A stretch of 64,000 nt of DNA from IMG/VR virus record IMGVR_UViG_3300037400_002261, positions 43,286 to 107,285 of that record. One strand, 5' to 3'. Under the pieces are notes generated by a model. The model saw only the letters and a program-made list of their open reading frames with translations, searched no databases and had not been told where the DNA came from. Positions within the stretch are counted from its first letter, which is position 1, and each line of letters starts with the position of its first letter. Source of the DNA: a virus. Its lineage: Duplodnaviria; Caudoviricetes. Positions 49,301 to 62,833 of the stretch are shown one piece after another. The position numbers were made by a program, and so were the translations under genes.

Positions 49301-50651
49301 AATTGCTAAAGGTGCTGCTTGGTCAACTGCTACCGATTCAGCTGATGCTGCTACAAATTCTGATATGTTTTATGTAAGACATGACGGTAAATTATATGCT
49401 AAAGATGCAGATATAGAGGGTAAAATAACAGCCACATCTGGTAGTTTTTCTGGTACTATTACAGCTAAGTCTGGATATATTGGGTATCTAAATGAATCGA
49501 ATAAAGGTTGGTATATTAGTACTGGTGCAATATATTCTGGCCCAACATCTGTTACTGATGCTAAAGCTGGAACATATATTGGTACAGGTGGTATATAGAA
49601 TTATTAGAGTAGTACATCTTATGTAAGAATAACTGGTGGTAAAATTACTGCTAATAATGCAGATATAAAAGGAACTATTGATTCAATTAATGGAAATATA
49701 GGTGGTTTTAAAATAGAAGAAAAATCTTTAAGTAATGGCAACATTAGAATATAGACTGTTAATACTACCGATCATAAAATTGGTATTTGGTAGTATTAGG
49801 ATGGATATGCGACTGAAAATCCACCTGAACATTACTCTAATTTATATTACGGTGGATTAATAGTTGAAAATGGAACTAATAATTGGATGGAAATAAATGG
49901 CATGACAGGAACTATAAATTGTAGTAGTTAGATTTTATGTGGCTCAATTTTATGTACTGGTGAAGCAAGTATTGGTGGTAGTATAAAAGAAGGAGGAACT
50001 GCTCTTTCAGATAAGTATGCTCCAAAATCCCATACACATCCTTACGTTTCAACCAGTGGTAATGGTACTATTAATGGCAATTTAACTATTAATAATACAC
50101 TATAGTCTAATGGTACATTAAAACTTACTGCGGACGCTGATAATACAAAATGTACAATTAATTATAGTGGTAATGGTAATTTTTATACTGTTATTCCTGG
50201 TACTCAAAATAATCTTGGAGTGCCAGATTATAGATGGAATATTGTATATACAAATAATGGTGTTAATAGTGATTCAGATAAAAAACTTAAAGATAATATA
50301 AATGAACTATCATTTGCTACGGATTTGATTATGTCACTTAATCCAATAACATTTATGTGGAAAAAAGGCGATCACCGAAGAAAGCGAATGGGATTTATAG
50401 CTCAAGATGTAGCAATTGTTTGTAATAATATAGGAGAAAATTTATCTTTAGTAACTGCCTCATATAAAGATAAACCAGAGGGCGAAGACGGGTATTTTGG
50501 TGAAAGTGTCGATGATGAATTACTTAATTGGAGTCTTTCATATGAGTAGTTAATAGCCCCTACAATAAAGGTCGTACAAGACCTTTATAACCAAGTCCAA
50601 CAACTTAACCAAGAAATTAAACAACTCAAACAACAATTACAAGAGAGATAA
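46359..50651 (+). CDS. Tail tip/Tal-like spike protein with C-terminal peptidase S74 intramolecular chaperone (1,430 aa)
   Basis: ATG46359. Track ORFs 46674, 47394, 48408, 48795, 49365 and 50220 share a frame. Beta-helix-like 'G.I.A..G.IGG(F/W).I' repeats, then 'SDKKLKDNI...L.P..F.W....GFIAQDV...YEQLIAP' and a terminal coiled coil. Confidence 0.8.
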
Positions 50652-50694
50652 CTCTCTTATTATAAATATTATGATTAAAAGGAGATATTAAATT

Positions 50695-51198
50695 ATGAAG
50701 AAAGAATTATTTTTAATTGAAGCGATCAATATTACAAGTTTTTATAACAATATGGCAGAAGAGAAAAAGAATGCTCTTCCACTTAAAGTATATTATGGAT
50801 TAAAGAAAGTCGTAAACAAACTTCAAGGTGATGTTAAACAATTTGAAGAAGTTCGTGACGAAGAAATCAAGAAAATCCGTGATATCTATTTCTCAGAAGA
50901 AAAGAGCGAAGAAACTGCTATTCCGAGAGTGGACGAAAATGGCGAACCTGTTCTGGATGAAAACGGCAATCAGTTAACAGATACTGGTCGCAAGGTTAAA
51001 GATGAATACATTGATGAATACAAAATCGCAATGGACACATTAAATGAGAAGCTTCAAGAAATCGCAATGGAGAAAAATACATATGAATATAATTGGGTAG
51101 ATATTGGTGAGATGGTCGAGAATCTCCCAGATGATACCCCGCTTGAAAGGAGCGATATTGATATATTAGATGCTATATTCGAAGAAACTGCTGACTAA
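50695..51198 (+). CDS. Hypothetical acidic helical protein
   Basis: Intact 167-aa ORF with AAAGGAG RBS. Confidence 0.75.
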   Translation: MKKELFLIEAINITSFYNNMAEEKKNALPLKVYYGLKKVVNKLQGDVKQFEEVRDEEIKKIRDIYFSEEKSEETAIPRVDENGEPVLDENGNQLTDTGRKVKDEYIDEYKIAMDTLNEKLQEIAMEKNTYEYNWVDIGEMVENLPDDTPLERSDIDILDAIFEETAD

Positions 51199-51226
51199 GA
51201 CTGAGAACTTCTCGGTCTTCTTTTTA
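51197..51226 (+). terminator. Rho-independent terminator
   Basis: AAGACTGAGA/TCTCGGTCTT stem followed by CTTTTT. Confidence 0.65.
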
Positions 51227-51244
51227 TGAGAAAGGAAAAAACGA

Positions 51245-54200
51245 ATGGATATTAATGTTAACTTATCTCATCAAACAATGAGGGTTGCAACAGATCTTAA
51301 AAAGTTAGTCGCTGGTACTTAGAAGTTTGTCCGTTTCGTTTTCAAACTGCCTAGTGAGTGGGATGATTTTGATGTTATAACTGCATAGTTTGCCCAGAAT
51401 GGAAAAGCAAAATATGATTAGCTTGATGAAAACCATGCAGTTTATCTCCCATCTGAACTTAAACCTGGCGATTTTACTTTGTTAATATATGGCACAAAAA
51501 ACAATGGTGAAATTCGTGCAACGGTAAATGCTCTCTAGCTTACTCTTACTCCAGATGCTTATATCTCTAACGCTAGTGAAGTCACATTCACCGAGAATAT
51601 GTATGATTAGCTGGTTCAGATTATTTCTGGTATTGTTGATCATGAGAATCCGATTACAAAGGGTGAAATCTAGGGATGGGTATATGATGATGCTGTTGCG
51701 ATTCTGCACGATTTTCTTGAAAGCGGAGATTTGACTGGATTGACTATTTTGCCGAAGACAATTGAGAAACAGCATCTTAATGATGAACTTCAAGCATCTA
51801 TTGATCGTGCCGACTCTGCACTTTAGTATATTCCAGATGGTAGTATTACAAGGTCTAAAGTAGATTCCGAGATTGAGGGTATTTTCACTAAAGTTGAAAA
51901 CCTTGAAATGGTTATTCCAGACGCTTCTGTGCCGAGGTCTAAAGTAGACGCAGATTTTGAAGCTACTCTAGTAAAAGCTGATTCTGCGATGCAACCAAGT
52001 ATATATGATCCAAACAATCATGCTACGGATGTTTTTGCTTATACCGATTCAAAGATAGATACTGTTATTACTCCAATTCAGACTACGGTTTCTGGAATGC
52101 GTTCTGAGATTTCTAGTGCATATGTTGTTGATGGAACTACGTATGATAATCTTAGCGGTTCTGTTAATGGTGCGCTCACTAAAGCAAAATCATATACGGA
52201 TATTAAACTGGCTGATTATACTCCATATGATGTTTCTATCATTTCTACTCTTCCACCAGTTAATCTTGGAAAAGATAGAACTTTCTATTTAATTCCTAAA
52301 GATTCTGGAAATGGATATGATAAATGGTGGTTGGTAGAAAGACAAGACCATACGAAAGTCTGGGATAATTGGGGCGGTTCTGCAACTTTGATTGTAGATG
52401 AACTTCCGCAAGAGGGAGATGTAGATGCCGACTACATTCTTGTAGCAAATGGTGAATATAAATATTATAAATATATTGACGGCGAATGGGCAATGATTGC
52501 TGGTGGTAGTGCTGAGATATTAACTATACCACTTGAAGGCGATCATATTATTATGTTAAGACATGGCGAACCAACTGACGAAGTTAGTGAAGATGATGTT
52601 ACTAATGGATTAGTATATCTTGATATTGATACTATGGATTACTATATTGCTGATGAAACTACTGATTAGGAAACGGAATAGGTTGTTCGTTCTTGGAATA
52701 AAGAAGGAAATCTTGTAGAAAATCCGAGTGAAAACAAAGATTATTATTACGATAATAATGGCACTTATATTCATTTTAGATATTCTGAAGATACATTCCA
52801 TCAGGTTGGTAGTCCATCAACTCTTATTGTTACTGAACTTCCGACTACTGGAGATTCGGATGTTGATTATATTTTAAACAAAAATGGTGAATATCAATAT
52901 TATAAATATATTGATAATGAATGGAGAATGATTTCTGGCGGTAGTGCCGAGGTAATTGTGAATGAACATTCTATTGATTACTACTCTCTCCCACCACTTT
53001 CTGATGAAAACATTGATAGTTATGCTGGAAAATATTATTTAGATACTGCGAACCTTAAACTGTATACTGTTATTTAGAATATAGATGAAGAGTATGAATG
53101 GCAAGAAACAACACTTGTGAATCAGCCAAGTGATAATAAAGATTATTATTTATAGTTTGGGTCTGGAAGTATTCTACACTTTAGATATATCGACAATATA
53201 TTTGTTCAGGTTGGATTTACTAAAAATGAAATTGATTCGATTATTAATCCTATTAATACAAGAGTAACAACATTAACGAATAGAATAGATGGGTATGATA
53301 CGCAAATCACTCAAAACCAAAGTAATATTACATCATTAAATAATACTGTTTCATCTCTGTAGCAAGCTGTGAGCGAAATTGATACAGAGGGTTATGAGTA
53401 TTTTGCTGATTACGGAAAATATGAAATTGGTGGTAAAGAAACTGACAATGTTTATAGACTTCGTAGAGTAAAAGATGATGTCGAGGAGGTTGTTAGTCAG
53501 TTTGTAATTCAAGGTGGTGGTGGCGGTGGATAGCAAACTTCTACCAACTTAGTTGTAGAACGTATTACAAGATCTCCGCTTATTATTACTCCGAATGATA
53601 CGGTAATTTTGGAATTTAATTATTCTTCTGTTACAAACGATGATTAGAAAGAAGAAATAGATGGTACTTATACATTAAAACTTGGTTCTTCATTGGTAGC
53701 AAGTGGTTCTTGTAATCAAGGAAGAAACTCGATTGATGTTACATCATATTGTAAAATCGGAACGCAAAAATTCACACTTACTGTTGTAGATGAAGGTGGA
53801 AGTAGTGCAGTAAGAACATTTACCGTTCAAAAAGTTGATGTACGTATTGAGTCTGAATACAATGACAGATATGTTGTTGAAGCTGGAAAAGCTGTACAAT
53901 TTACTTATACTCCGTATGGTGCTATTAGTAAAACAATCCATTTTAAATTAAACGGTGTTGAAGATACTATTACTACTGCTGCTTCTGGCGTTTTACAATC
54001 ATATTCTATTTCTGGGCAACCGCATGGTACATATTTATTGGAAGTATGGGCTACGGCTGTTGTTAATAATACAGATGTAGAAACCAACCATATTTATAGA
54101 GATATTATCTGGTATGACCCAGAAGCCGACTCTCAAGGAAATTATAAAAATCCTGTAATTGGTTGTATTTATAGAAATGATTATTATGGGAAAGTATCAG

Positions 54201-56766
54201 TAAGACAATATGATACTCTTCCAATTGTTTATAATGTATTTGACCCAACTACCAATTATCCAGTTGTGAGAAGGTATGTAGATAATGTTCTTATTGGCAC
54301 TGATACTATGTAGACCTCTCAGGGAATTTGGAATTTTAAATCTGATGTAGTTGGTGATCATACGCTTCGTATTGAATGTAGAAATACGGTTGTAACTATT
54401 GTTGTTACTGTAACAGAACTTGGAATTGATGTAGACCCCATTACTGGCGGTCTTGAATTAGATTTTAATCCTGTTGGAATTACTAATAACTCAGAAAATA
54501 GAATCTGGGAAAATGATAATTATCATATGACAGTTTCTGATAATTTTGACTGGGCAAACGGCGGTTATAAAATAGATGAGAATGGAGATTCATATTTCTT
54601 AATTAAATCTGGAACTAGTGCGACTTTTGATTATACAATGTTTACTGGTGGTGTTGATGGAAATCCATCCAGAACTGGTTCTGAGATGAAGATTATATTT
54701 ATGACGGAAAATGTTCAAAATCCAGAAGCTGTTTGGTTTACCAATGTAGAAACAAGAACTCAGACGGTTGATGATGTTTCTGTAACTATAAATATGGGTA
54801 TTCAGATGAGTGCTCATAATGGTTGGTTAAAAACCAATAAAGCAAGCGATGTAAATGTTTAGGATGGAGATGATTCCGTAGCTGCTTCTAACACATATCT
54901 TTATATGCCGTATAGCGAAGAAGATATTATTGAAATGGATATAAATATTGACCCGATAGATCTTGATGATGAGACATCTACTGCTTTTGTAATGTCGTAT
55001 GAGGATGGTGTTCCATCAAAAGCTTATGTATATGATAGAAGTGATAGATTTTACCAGTACGAACCAAAACCAATCGTGATTGGTTCTAATGAATGTGATG
55101 TTAGAATTTATAGATTAAAAATTTATTCTACATCTTTAAATTCAGAAAGCGTAATGAAAAACTTTATTGCTGATTCTAGGAACTCTACAACTATGCTTGA
55201 TAGATATGATAGAAACAGTATTTATTATAATTCTGAAACTGGTGAATATTCTCCGTATAGTTCTAATGGGTCTCTTGAACCAGAACGACTTGCTCCGATA
55301 ATTCCAAATGTAAAAGTATTGATGTTGGAAACAGACCATTTTACTACTAGTAAAAAGACATTTGTTAAATCTAACCTGAGATGTATTCATGCTCCAGGCG
55401 GTGATGTTTATTCTGGCGATGAATATTATGATAACTGGTATTTTGAGAATGGATGGCATTCAGGACAAGGAACGACATCTGATAACTATGGTAACTCTGG
55501 TAGAAATGTTGATTTCTTATTTAACTGTGATGGTGTTCATAAACCAAGTGATAAGATTAAAGATCCAGAACCAGATTATATTTCAAGAGTAACACTTGGC
55601 TATAATACTGAAAATGCACATACCGAGTCTGTTACTGATTGGAAAGGTGATACTGGTAAGATTAGTCTTACTCGTACTTCAATTCCAAATAATTTCTTTA
55701 ATTTAAAGGTAAATATAGCTTCTAGTGAAAATGCTAATAATGCTTTAATGCAAAAGAGATACTCAGATTTTCTGCCATATATTTCACCTGCAAAACGGAG
55801 AGATTCAAGAATTAAGAATGATATGGAATTTGTACCAGCGGTTTTATTTATTAAGGAAACAAACCCAGATGTTTCTACTCATAATGAATTCCAAGATAAT
55901 GAGTGGCATTTCTATGCTCTTGGTAATCTTGGCGATTCTAAAAAGACGGACTATACTCGTGCATATGACCCAACTGATATGAATGAATTTACAATAGAAA
56001 TTTCTGACAATACTAAGAATAATGCTACTTTCCAAACTGGTGTTTATAAAAAACAAGATGGTTCATATGGATACGAAACATTCCATCTTATTAAAACACT
56101 TGATAAAGAAGGTGAACTTGTTGTTACTCCAGTGTCAGAAGTATCTATTTCAGAACACATAAATCCTGTTCCAGTTGATTAGATTGATGAGCTTTTATTC
56201 CAACAAGGAACAATCAGAGTTATTAATGAAACAGGATTATCTGAGCATGATGGTGACGAAGAAGGATATCTCAATATGAGAATCTGGTGTTTATATAATG
56301 AAGGGTTTGATGGAGACCATTCATTCGAACCTAGATATGCTTGTTGTGGAGATTATCGAGATGGTAAATTAGTCAATGATTATTCTGGGTATGGTAAGCA
56401 ACAAGTAAAAACAAATGAGAAAGTTTGGAGAGCATTTTATAAATGGGTTATCACTTCTACCAATCAATAGTTTGTATAGGAACTTGACCAATGGTGTGTA
56501 AGAAGTGCAGTAGAATTTTTCTATGCATATACTCTTTATTATACAATGATGGATAATAGAGCAAAGAATACATTCTGGCATTTTGCTAAGACTGGAGTAT
56601 ATAGGGCAATTACAAGACCAGTGCCTGAACTTCTCCATATTTATTGTGAGTTGGTAGATGATGAATATGTTCCAACTGAAGATACGGAAATTAATCCTGA
56701 AAAAACTTATTATACATAGTATGCGTTTGATTTATGGTGTTACGATACTGATACTGGACTTGGCAT
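51245..56766 (+). CDS. Exon 1 of ~2,908-aa tail fibre/baseplate protein (BppU-like N-terminus, repeats, Ig/LamG-like domains, CotH-kinase-like domain)
   Basis: ATG51245. Track ORFs 51908, 53693, 54527, 54905 and 56276 share a frame. CotH-like motifs 'QGTTS', 'LKVNIASSE', 'MDNRAKNTF', 'YDTDTGLG'. Confidence 0.8.
52376..53215 (+). repeat. Two tandem ~145-aa repeats in the fibre protein
   Basis: 'TLIV.ELP..GD.D.DYIL..NGEY.YYKYID.EW.MI.GGSAE', 'YLD...' and 'PS.NKDYY......HFRY....F.QVG' each occur twice. Confidence 0.8.
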
Positions 56767-57827
56767 TAAATGTTGGTGCCAAGTATAAAAAATTTCTACT
56801 AATATACGGCGAAAACCAGACCTGAACTGGCAACGCCTTCCAACCATATATTCTTTTATTATTATAATATAAAGGAGGTGAAATGATGACGAAAGAATTA
56901 AATGTATATGGAATAATATATAAAATTACAAATTTGATTGACGATAAATCATATATAGGATAGACAACTGAAAAAAGAGGTTTTAATGGTAGATATTCTA
57001 GAAAGGGGACAGGGATAGAAAGAGTATATAATTATTATTATAATCATAGTAAGCTTGGTATTGGATATAATAAAGATTTATTGGAGGATATAGAAAAATA
57101 TGGGTTTGATGCATTTAGCGTAACTGAAGTTTTAGACGTAGCACAAAATTAGAAAGAATTGGATGAAAAAGAAATTTATTATATTGATAAATATGATAGC
57201 TATAATAATGGATATAATATGACAAAAGGCGGTTAGGGGTCTGTGCCATTTGACAATGATTATTATGCAAATTTAGGAGTTTGTCAATTAACTCTTGATG
57301 GTAAATTAGTTAAGGTTTGGGATTGTGTTGCTGATATTAGAAAATACACATCTTTTAACACACCAAATATTATAATGACATGTAAAGGTATAAATTCAAA
57401 TTCATATGGCTATTTATGGGTGTTTAAGGATGAATATGATGAAAATACAGAATATAAATGGCAACCTAGTAATAATTATAAGAATGTTTTATGGTTAGAT
57501 GAAAAAGATAATATTATAAAAGAATTTATATCTATAAAAGAAGCAGCTGAATATTTACATATTGATAGAACTACTGTAAGAGCGACATGTAATCATAAAT
57601 GGAAAAATCCTAAGTTTAAATTAATATTTAAAAAAGAATATATGGGGGAACAACGACTGAACGTAGAAACGCCGATAGCTATCGGTGATGCAACAGTCTG
57701 AACTCATGCAATATTTCAGGTTTATTAAGAAACATGAGAGGGACGATCAGGTGTAAAGACACCTTAAAGAAGAACCGTCCCCGCCTATAGTAATATTTAT
57801 AGGTCATAAAAGTAACAGAATTTTAAG
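56767..57827 (+). mobile_element. Group I intron (1,061 nt)
   Basis: P1: exon ACTTGGCAT pairs with GTGCCAAGT, terminal U.G at 56766. P10: TGTTG pairs with exon-2 CAACA. P7 core elements CAACGACTG (~57651) and ACAGTCTGAACT (~57692). Terminal G at 57827. Splicing restores 'DTGLGI-NNNGEL' and fixes the frame +2 to +1 shift. Confidence 0.9.
56883..57701 (+). CDS. Intron-encoded GIY-YIG homing endonuclease with NUMOD1-like modules (272 aa)
   Basis: AAAGGAGGTG RBS. 'GIIYKITN...SYIG(TAG)T', 'ELDEKEIYYI', 'NGYN...GG'. The 3' end overlaps the intron core. Confidence 0.88.
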
Positions 57828-60800
57828 CAACAATAATGGAGAACTTATATTCCCATATGGTAAAGAAGATACGGATTATAATATTGATGGAGATGCATCT
57901 TCTGGTTGGGTATTTAATGGTGCAACATCAGTTTTCTGGTGTAGATTAAGAGATTTATTATCTAACGAAATAACTGAAACATTTAATACGGTTTCCGCAG
58001 AATGTTTCAATGCTACTAATTTAATCAATCAATTTGATAGATTTCAAGGTTGTTATCCAGAAGAAATCTGGAGACTTGATGTAGAGCGAAAATATGTGAG
58101 AACTTATACTGGCAAATCTGTTGATAATTCTATACCAAAACATGATACTTAGTATCTTAGAGATATGATGCAAGGTAGAAAAAAATATCAGAGAAGACAA
58201 TGGGTAAGAGATCAAGAGATGTATTTTGGAACAAAATATCTTATGAATAGTGTTGTTGGTGATAATAACCGTATTACATTTAGATGTTATGACCCCGGCA
58301 ATGATGTTGTAGTTCCGAAAGATTATTCTTTAAGTATTACTCCATTCCAAGACATGTATGTTTCTGCAATGTTTGGTAACGGTGATCAAAGATAGATTAG
58401 GGCAAAAGCTGGTGAAACTGTAGTTTTGAATTTTAGTGTTAGTACTACCACTGATACTCAGGTAACTATTTATGGTGCAAATAGAATCTCAGCACTTAAT
58501 GACCTTTCTGCTTGTTATATTGCTGCTAATAACTTTTCTATGGCAACGAAACTCAGAAAATTAGTTCTTGGTAATACAACGCCTGGATATTCCAATTCGA
58601 GATTAACATCTCTCACTCTTGGCTCTAATAAATTACTTGAGGAACTTGATTTAAGGAATTGTAATAATTTAACTGGTACACTTAATCTTGCAGAATGTAG
58701 TAATCTTCTCAAACTATATGCTGATGGTACGAAGATTAGTAGTGTAACTTTTGCTACAAATGGTAAAGTATAGATTGCTCATCTTCCATCTACTCTTAAT
58801 GCATTAGTAATGAGAAATCTTAATGATCTTACGGATTTCCAATGTCAGATGAATTATCTTGAGCAATTAACATTGCAAGGTGGAACATTAAATAGTCTTG
58901 ATATTATTAATGATGTAATCGATACTTTGCAAGAAGCGAGACTTTATGATTTGGATTGGATTACTCCAGATTCTACAATTTTAAATCAATTATTAAAAAT
59001 CAATTCTGCTATACTTACTGGTAAAGCGTATATCAACGGTGCAGTAAGATATCGTGAGTTAGATTCTTATGAAACAAAATGGCCTGATTTTGTAGTAACA
59101 TATAATCCAAATAATATAATCGAACAGTATGCAGCCACTTACGTTAATGATGATGATACTCAATTAGGAGTATTCTATGTTGACCGTGGTGCTTTACCAC
59201 CAGATCCTGTTGAAGATGGTGAAATGGAAACTCCCACTAAAGCAAGTGATGCTCAGTATACTTATACCTTTAGTGGATGGGATGAGATTGAAACTGTAAT
59301 GCTTGCCCCAAGAACTATTAAGGCACAATACACTTCGACTATCAGAACATACACAGTAACGTGGTATTCTCGTTCTGGTGTTCCGATTAAGAGTGTTCAA
59401 GCTGAATATGGTTCTGAAGTTGTATATGATGGTGAGATTCCGACTCGTGTTGATGAAGAAGTAGCTTATGTATATAACATCTTTATGGGTTGGGATAAAT
59501 CTACTGGATATATTACTGGGGATACAGATGTTTATGCTATTTGGGATAGAAAAGTTCTCCCATTATAGACTATTAGCGGAGATTCTTATTTAACCAAAGA
59601 ACTTAATGAAATGTCTCCAGCAGAAATATATGGTCTTGGTAATGCACAATCTATAGAAGTGTCAAGTATTAAAAATCTTGAAGCTAAAGATTATAAAGAT
59701 ATTGTTGTTGGTAATGACTTTGATTTCAATAATGTTGAGTCTGAAGTACTTCTTGAAAATCAATGGTTTGATGGAAGAACTCATATTGATACTGATGTTT
59801 AGTTATTCAGTGAAAATTCAGATGATTTTACTCTTGCTATTGACTTTGAGTTTTATCAACCTACTTCTAATGCTACACTTGTTTCTTGTTTCGAGGAAGA
59901 AGGTAGTGAGGGATTCCGTCTGAGGTATAGTTCTGGTTCTAGTTCTGGTTCTTAGATTCAGTGGGGTGATAAATCTTGTAGTGCTGGACCAGATAGACAA
60001 CGTAGTATTTGTGTATTACGTCATAAGAAAGGCTCTGACAAGTTATTTGTTTATGTTTATAATACAAATAGCTATCAGTATGATTATTCAACTACTAAAT
60101 TTGAATTAACAAGAACAAGATCTACTTCTACCAATTCTGTTATTACATTTGGTGCTTTTAAACATACAGATGGTGGTTATCTTTATTCTGCAAAAGGATG
60201 GATTCATTGGTGTAAAATATGGTATGCGGATCTTGGAGACGCTAACGCCACTGAACTTGCTCAATGGCCTCATGAAACTTGGAGGGCTGAATATACATCT
60301 TTACAATCTTATAGATTAGCTGGAACAAGTAGATATGCAAAGCTTTCATTCTCTCTTAACAACCTTTTATCTAATGGATACATTATGTCGAGTAGTGGTT
60401 CAAATGCTGGCGGTTGGCCCGCAACATCATTACGCACATGGTTAAATGATAGGATTTATAAAGCACTTCCTGTTTCTTATCGGGCTATTTTGAAACGTGT
60501 AAGGGTTTGTTCAAGTGCTGGTAATTTAAGTAACGAAATTGTATATTCAGATGATTTACTTTATGTACCAGCTCTTGCTGAATTAAATGCATATATGGGT
60601 TAGCAAAAACCTTTTGAGGATGAAATTTAGTCTGATACGAATAAACTAATCCCTTGGTATAGTACAGATACACAAAGAATTAAGTTTTATGGTCAAATAA
60701 CTCCTGATAATCCGAGAGTGTTTACCTCTTCAGAAGACCCAACAGTTAATGAATCTAATAATGTTCAAGTTGGAGATATTTGGTATAGAAATACATATGG

Positions 60801-61032
60801 TACATATTACATGTATATTTCTAAATCTGAATATGAAAAGCATGATTTTAGTGGTGATAATATTGTAGCATCTAATGGTGGGTTGTGGTATCAAAGTGCA
60901 TATTCTTGGTGGACTAGATCTCCCGATACTTCTTATGATGTGTATTATAGAGTAGTTGGAAATAGCGGAAATACTTATTCTTATGGGTATTCGAGTACTT
61001 CTCTTGGTGTTAATATCAATTTCTCAGTATAA
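57828..61032 (+). CDS. Exon 2 of fibre protein (kinase C-lobe, leucine-rich repeats, Listeria/Bacteroides-type repeats, LamG-like, C-terminal DUF6273/lectin-like domain)
   Basis: Track ORFs 58165, 58426, 58810, 59611, 60385 and 60718 share a frame. LRR 'LEELDLRNCNNLTGTLNLAECSNLLKL'; 'YTFSGWD' and 'F.GWDK' repeats; 'NAGGWPATSLRTWLN' and 'WWTRSP...GV...F'. Confidence 0.8.
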
Positions 61033-61049
61033 GAAAGGGGTGAGCATAT

Positions 61050-61787
61050 ATGAAATATTATAAAATATTAGTAAACTCAAATTATATTGGGGTTGGTACT
61101 TCATTAGATTTCCGCAGATATCAAAAGAAACATGATATTATTATTGTTAGTGATGATGTCAATGTTTAGTATATTAGTTGCAAAGAAATATTATACCATG
61201 ATACTTGGATGAAACCGCTTGATGAGAATAGTTATAAATATGAGATTGCGGATGTAATTGAAATAGACGAGGAAGAATATCAGATATTAAAAAATGCCGA
61301 GGAAAATAAAGGTATAGTAATTCCAGAATTAGAAACAAAAAAAGCTAATGAACAAGTTGATAATGTTGATATTAATCAACTTACTTATGTGAAAGAAGCT
61401 AAAATTAATGAACTTCGTGCTGATTGTCAGAATGCAATAGTATCTGGATTCGATCTTGAACTATCAGATGGTGTTCATCATTTTTCGATGGAAACTACTG
61501 ATTAGATGGAAATATCTAGATTGATTGCAGACGGAGATAATGGCGAAGTTCCATATCATGCAGATGGGGAGAAATTTAAATATTATCCATTTGCTGACAT
61601 ATTAAAAATATACGAGATGATGAATGATTGGAAATTATATAACACTTCATATTTTAGTGATTTGAAGAGTTATGTAAATTCATTACGTTCAATAAAGAAG
61701 ATTGATGCTGTTAAGTATGGAGATGATATCCCAGAAAAATATCAATCTGAAGTATATAAGAATATAAAGGATAAAATGGATTTTTAA
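61050..61787 (+). CDS. Tail fibre-associated protein (DUF4376-like C-terminus)
   Basis: ATG61050 joins track ORFs 61209 and 61506; 'K..KI.EL...C...I..GF.......HFS...DQ...YHADGE'. Confidence 0.65.
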
Positions 61788-61840
61788 CTATTAACCGAGG
61801 GTGGCTAAATGCCACTCTCTTTCTGTAAAGGAGGAATAAC

Positions 61841-62641
61841 ATGGCTAATAAATTTTTAGATGATAATGGTTTGCTATATTTTTGGCAAAAAATAAAAAAC
61901 TATGTTACAAGTGTAGTTCCTACCAAACAGTCTGATTTGACAAACGATGACTATACAGTAAAAGATCCAGATTATTCGACTGTTAAAGGGAAAGTTGCGA
62001 CTCTTGAGGGAAGAGTTGATGATATTGTTACACAGGGTGGTGAACCTAATGTACTTGAATCGGTAAAGATAAATGGTGCTGCTCTTCCTATAAATTAGAA
62101 AGCTGTTAATATTACGGCTGCAAGTGGTACTACAAATGGTTCTATAGCTATTAATGGTACTGACGTTGCTGTAACTGGTCTTGGTTCTGCTGCATATGTT
62201 AATACTACTCAGTTTGATTTGGCGGGGTCGGCAAATTCAGTTCGTGGTTCTGAACTTGATGCTGCTGGAACTGCAACGGTTTATGGCGCATTAGCTTCTG
62301 CTTAGGCAGCGCAGAACGGAGTTAATGCTATTAACAATGCGGGATATCAAACACAAGCACAAGTCACTCAGGCTATTAATGATGCACTTGCAGATGTAAC
62401 TGGTATTTCATATGAAGTTATTACAGATTTTCCACAGACTGGGCAAGCTGGAGTTATTTATTTGAAATCAAATAGTGGTCTTGCTCCGAATGTTTATGAT
62501 GAATATATTTGGTATAATAATGCTTATGAAAAGATTGGCACTACTGATGTTGACCTTTCTGGTTATATGTTGACCACAGATATGGTTGCTATTACTAATA
62601 GTGAAATTGATACTATTACTGCTCCATCTTCTGGGTCTTAA
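61841..62641 (+). CDS. Tail fibre/appendage protein (266 aa)
   Basis: AAGGAGG RBS. 'KFLD.NGL.YFW.KIK' N-terminus, 'NV.ESVKING', 'P.TG..GVIYL...YDEYIW....EKIG...VDLSGY', C-terminal 'AITNSEIDTI'. Confidence 0.7.
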
Positions 62642-62656
62642 TGAGAGGAATATTAT

Positions 62657-62818
62657 ATGAATAAAGAAAGCAAATATTTACCCATATTTAGTCAAAGATT
62701 GGCTGGATATTTAATGTATAAAGGTTTTGTATTAGGAAATATGCGACCAGACTATAAAGGTTCTGGAAAAAACGTATTCTTTTTTATGAAATCAAATCAG
62801 ATATTATTTGCTTCTTAA
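62657..62818 (+). CDS. Small DUF5659-like protein
   Basis: GAGGA RBS; 'IFSQRLAGYLM..GF.L....PD......NVFFF'. Confidence 0.55.
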   Translation: MNKESKYLPIFSQRLAGYLMYKGFVLGNMRPDYKGSGKNVFFFMKSNQILFAS

Positions 62819-62833
62819 CTAAGGAGGTGGAAT

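Noticed and set aside
56768-57830. Intein or programmed frameshift explaining the frame change in the fibre gene
   Set aside because: The insertion has in-frame TAA stops and its own RBS-led ORF, and it shows group I intron pairings.
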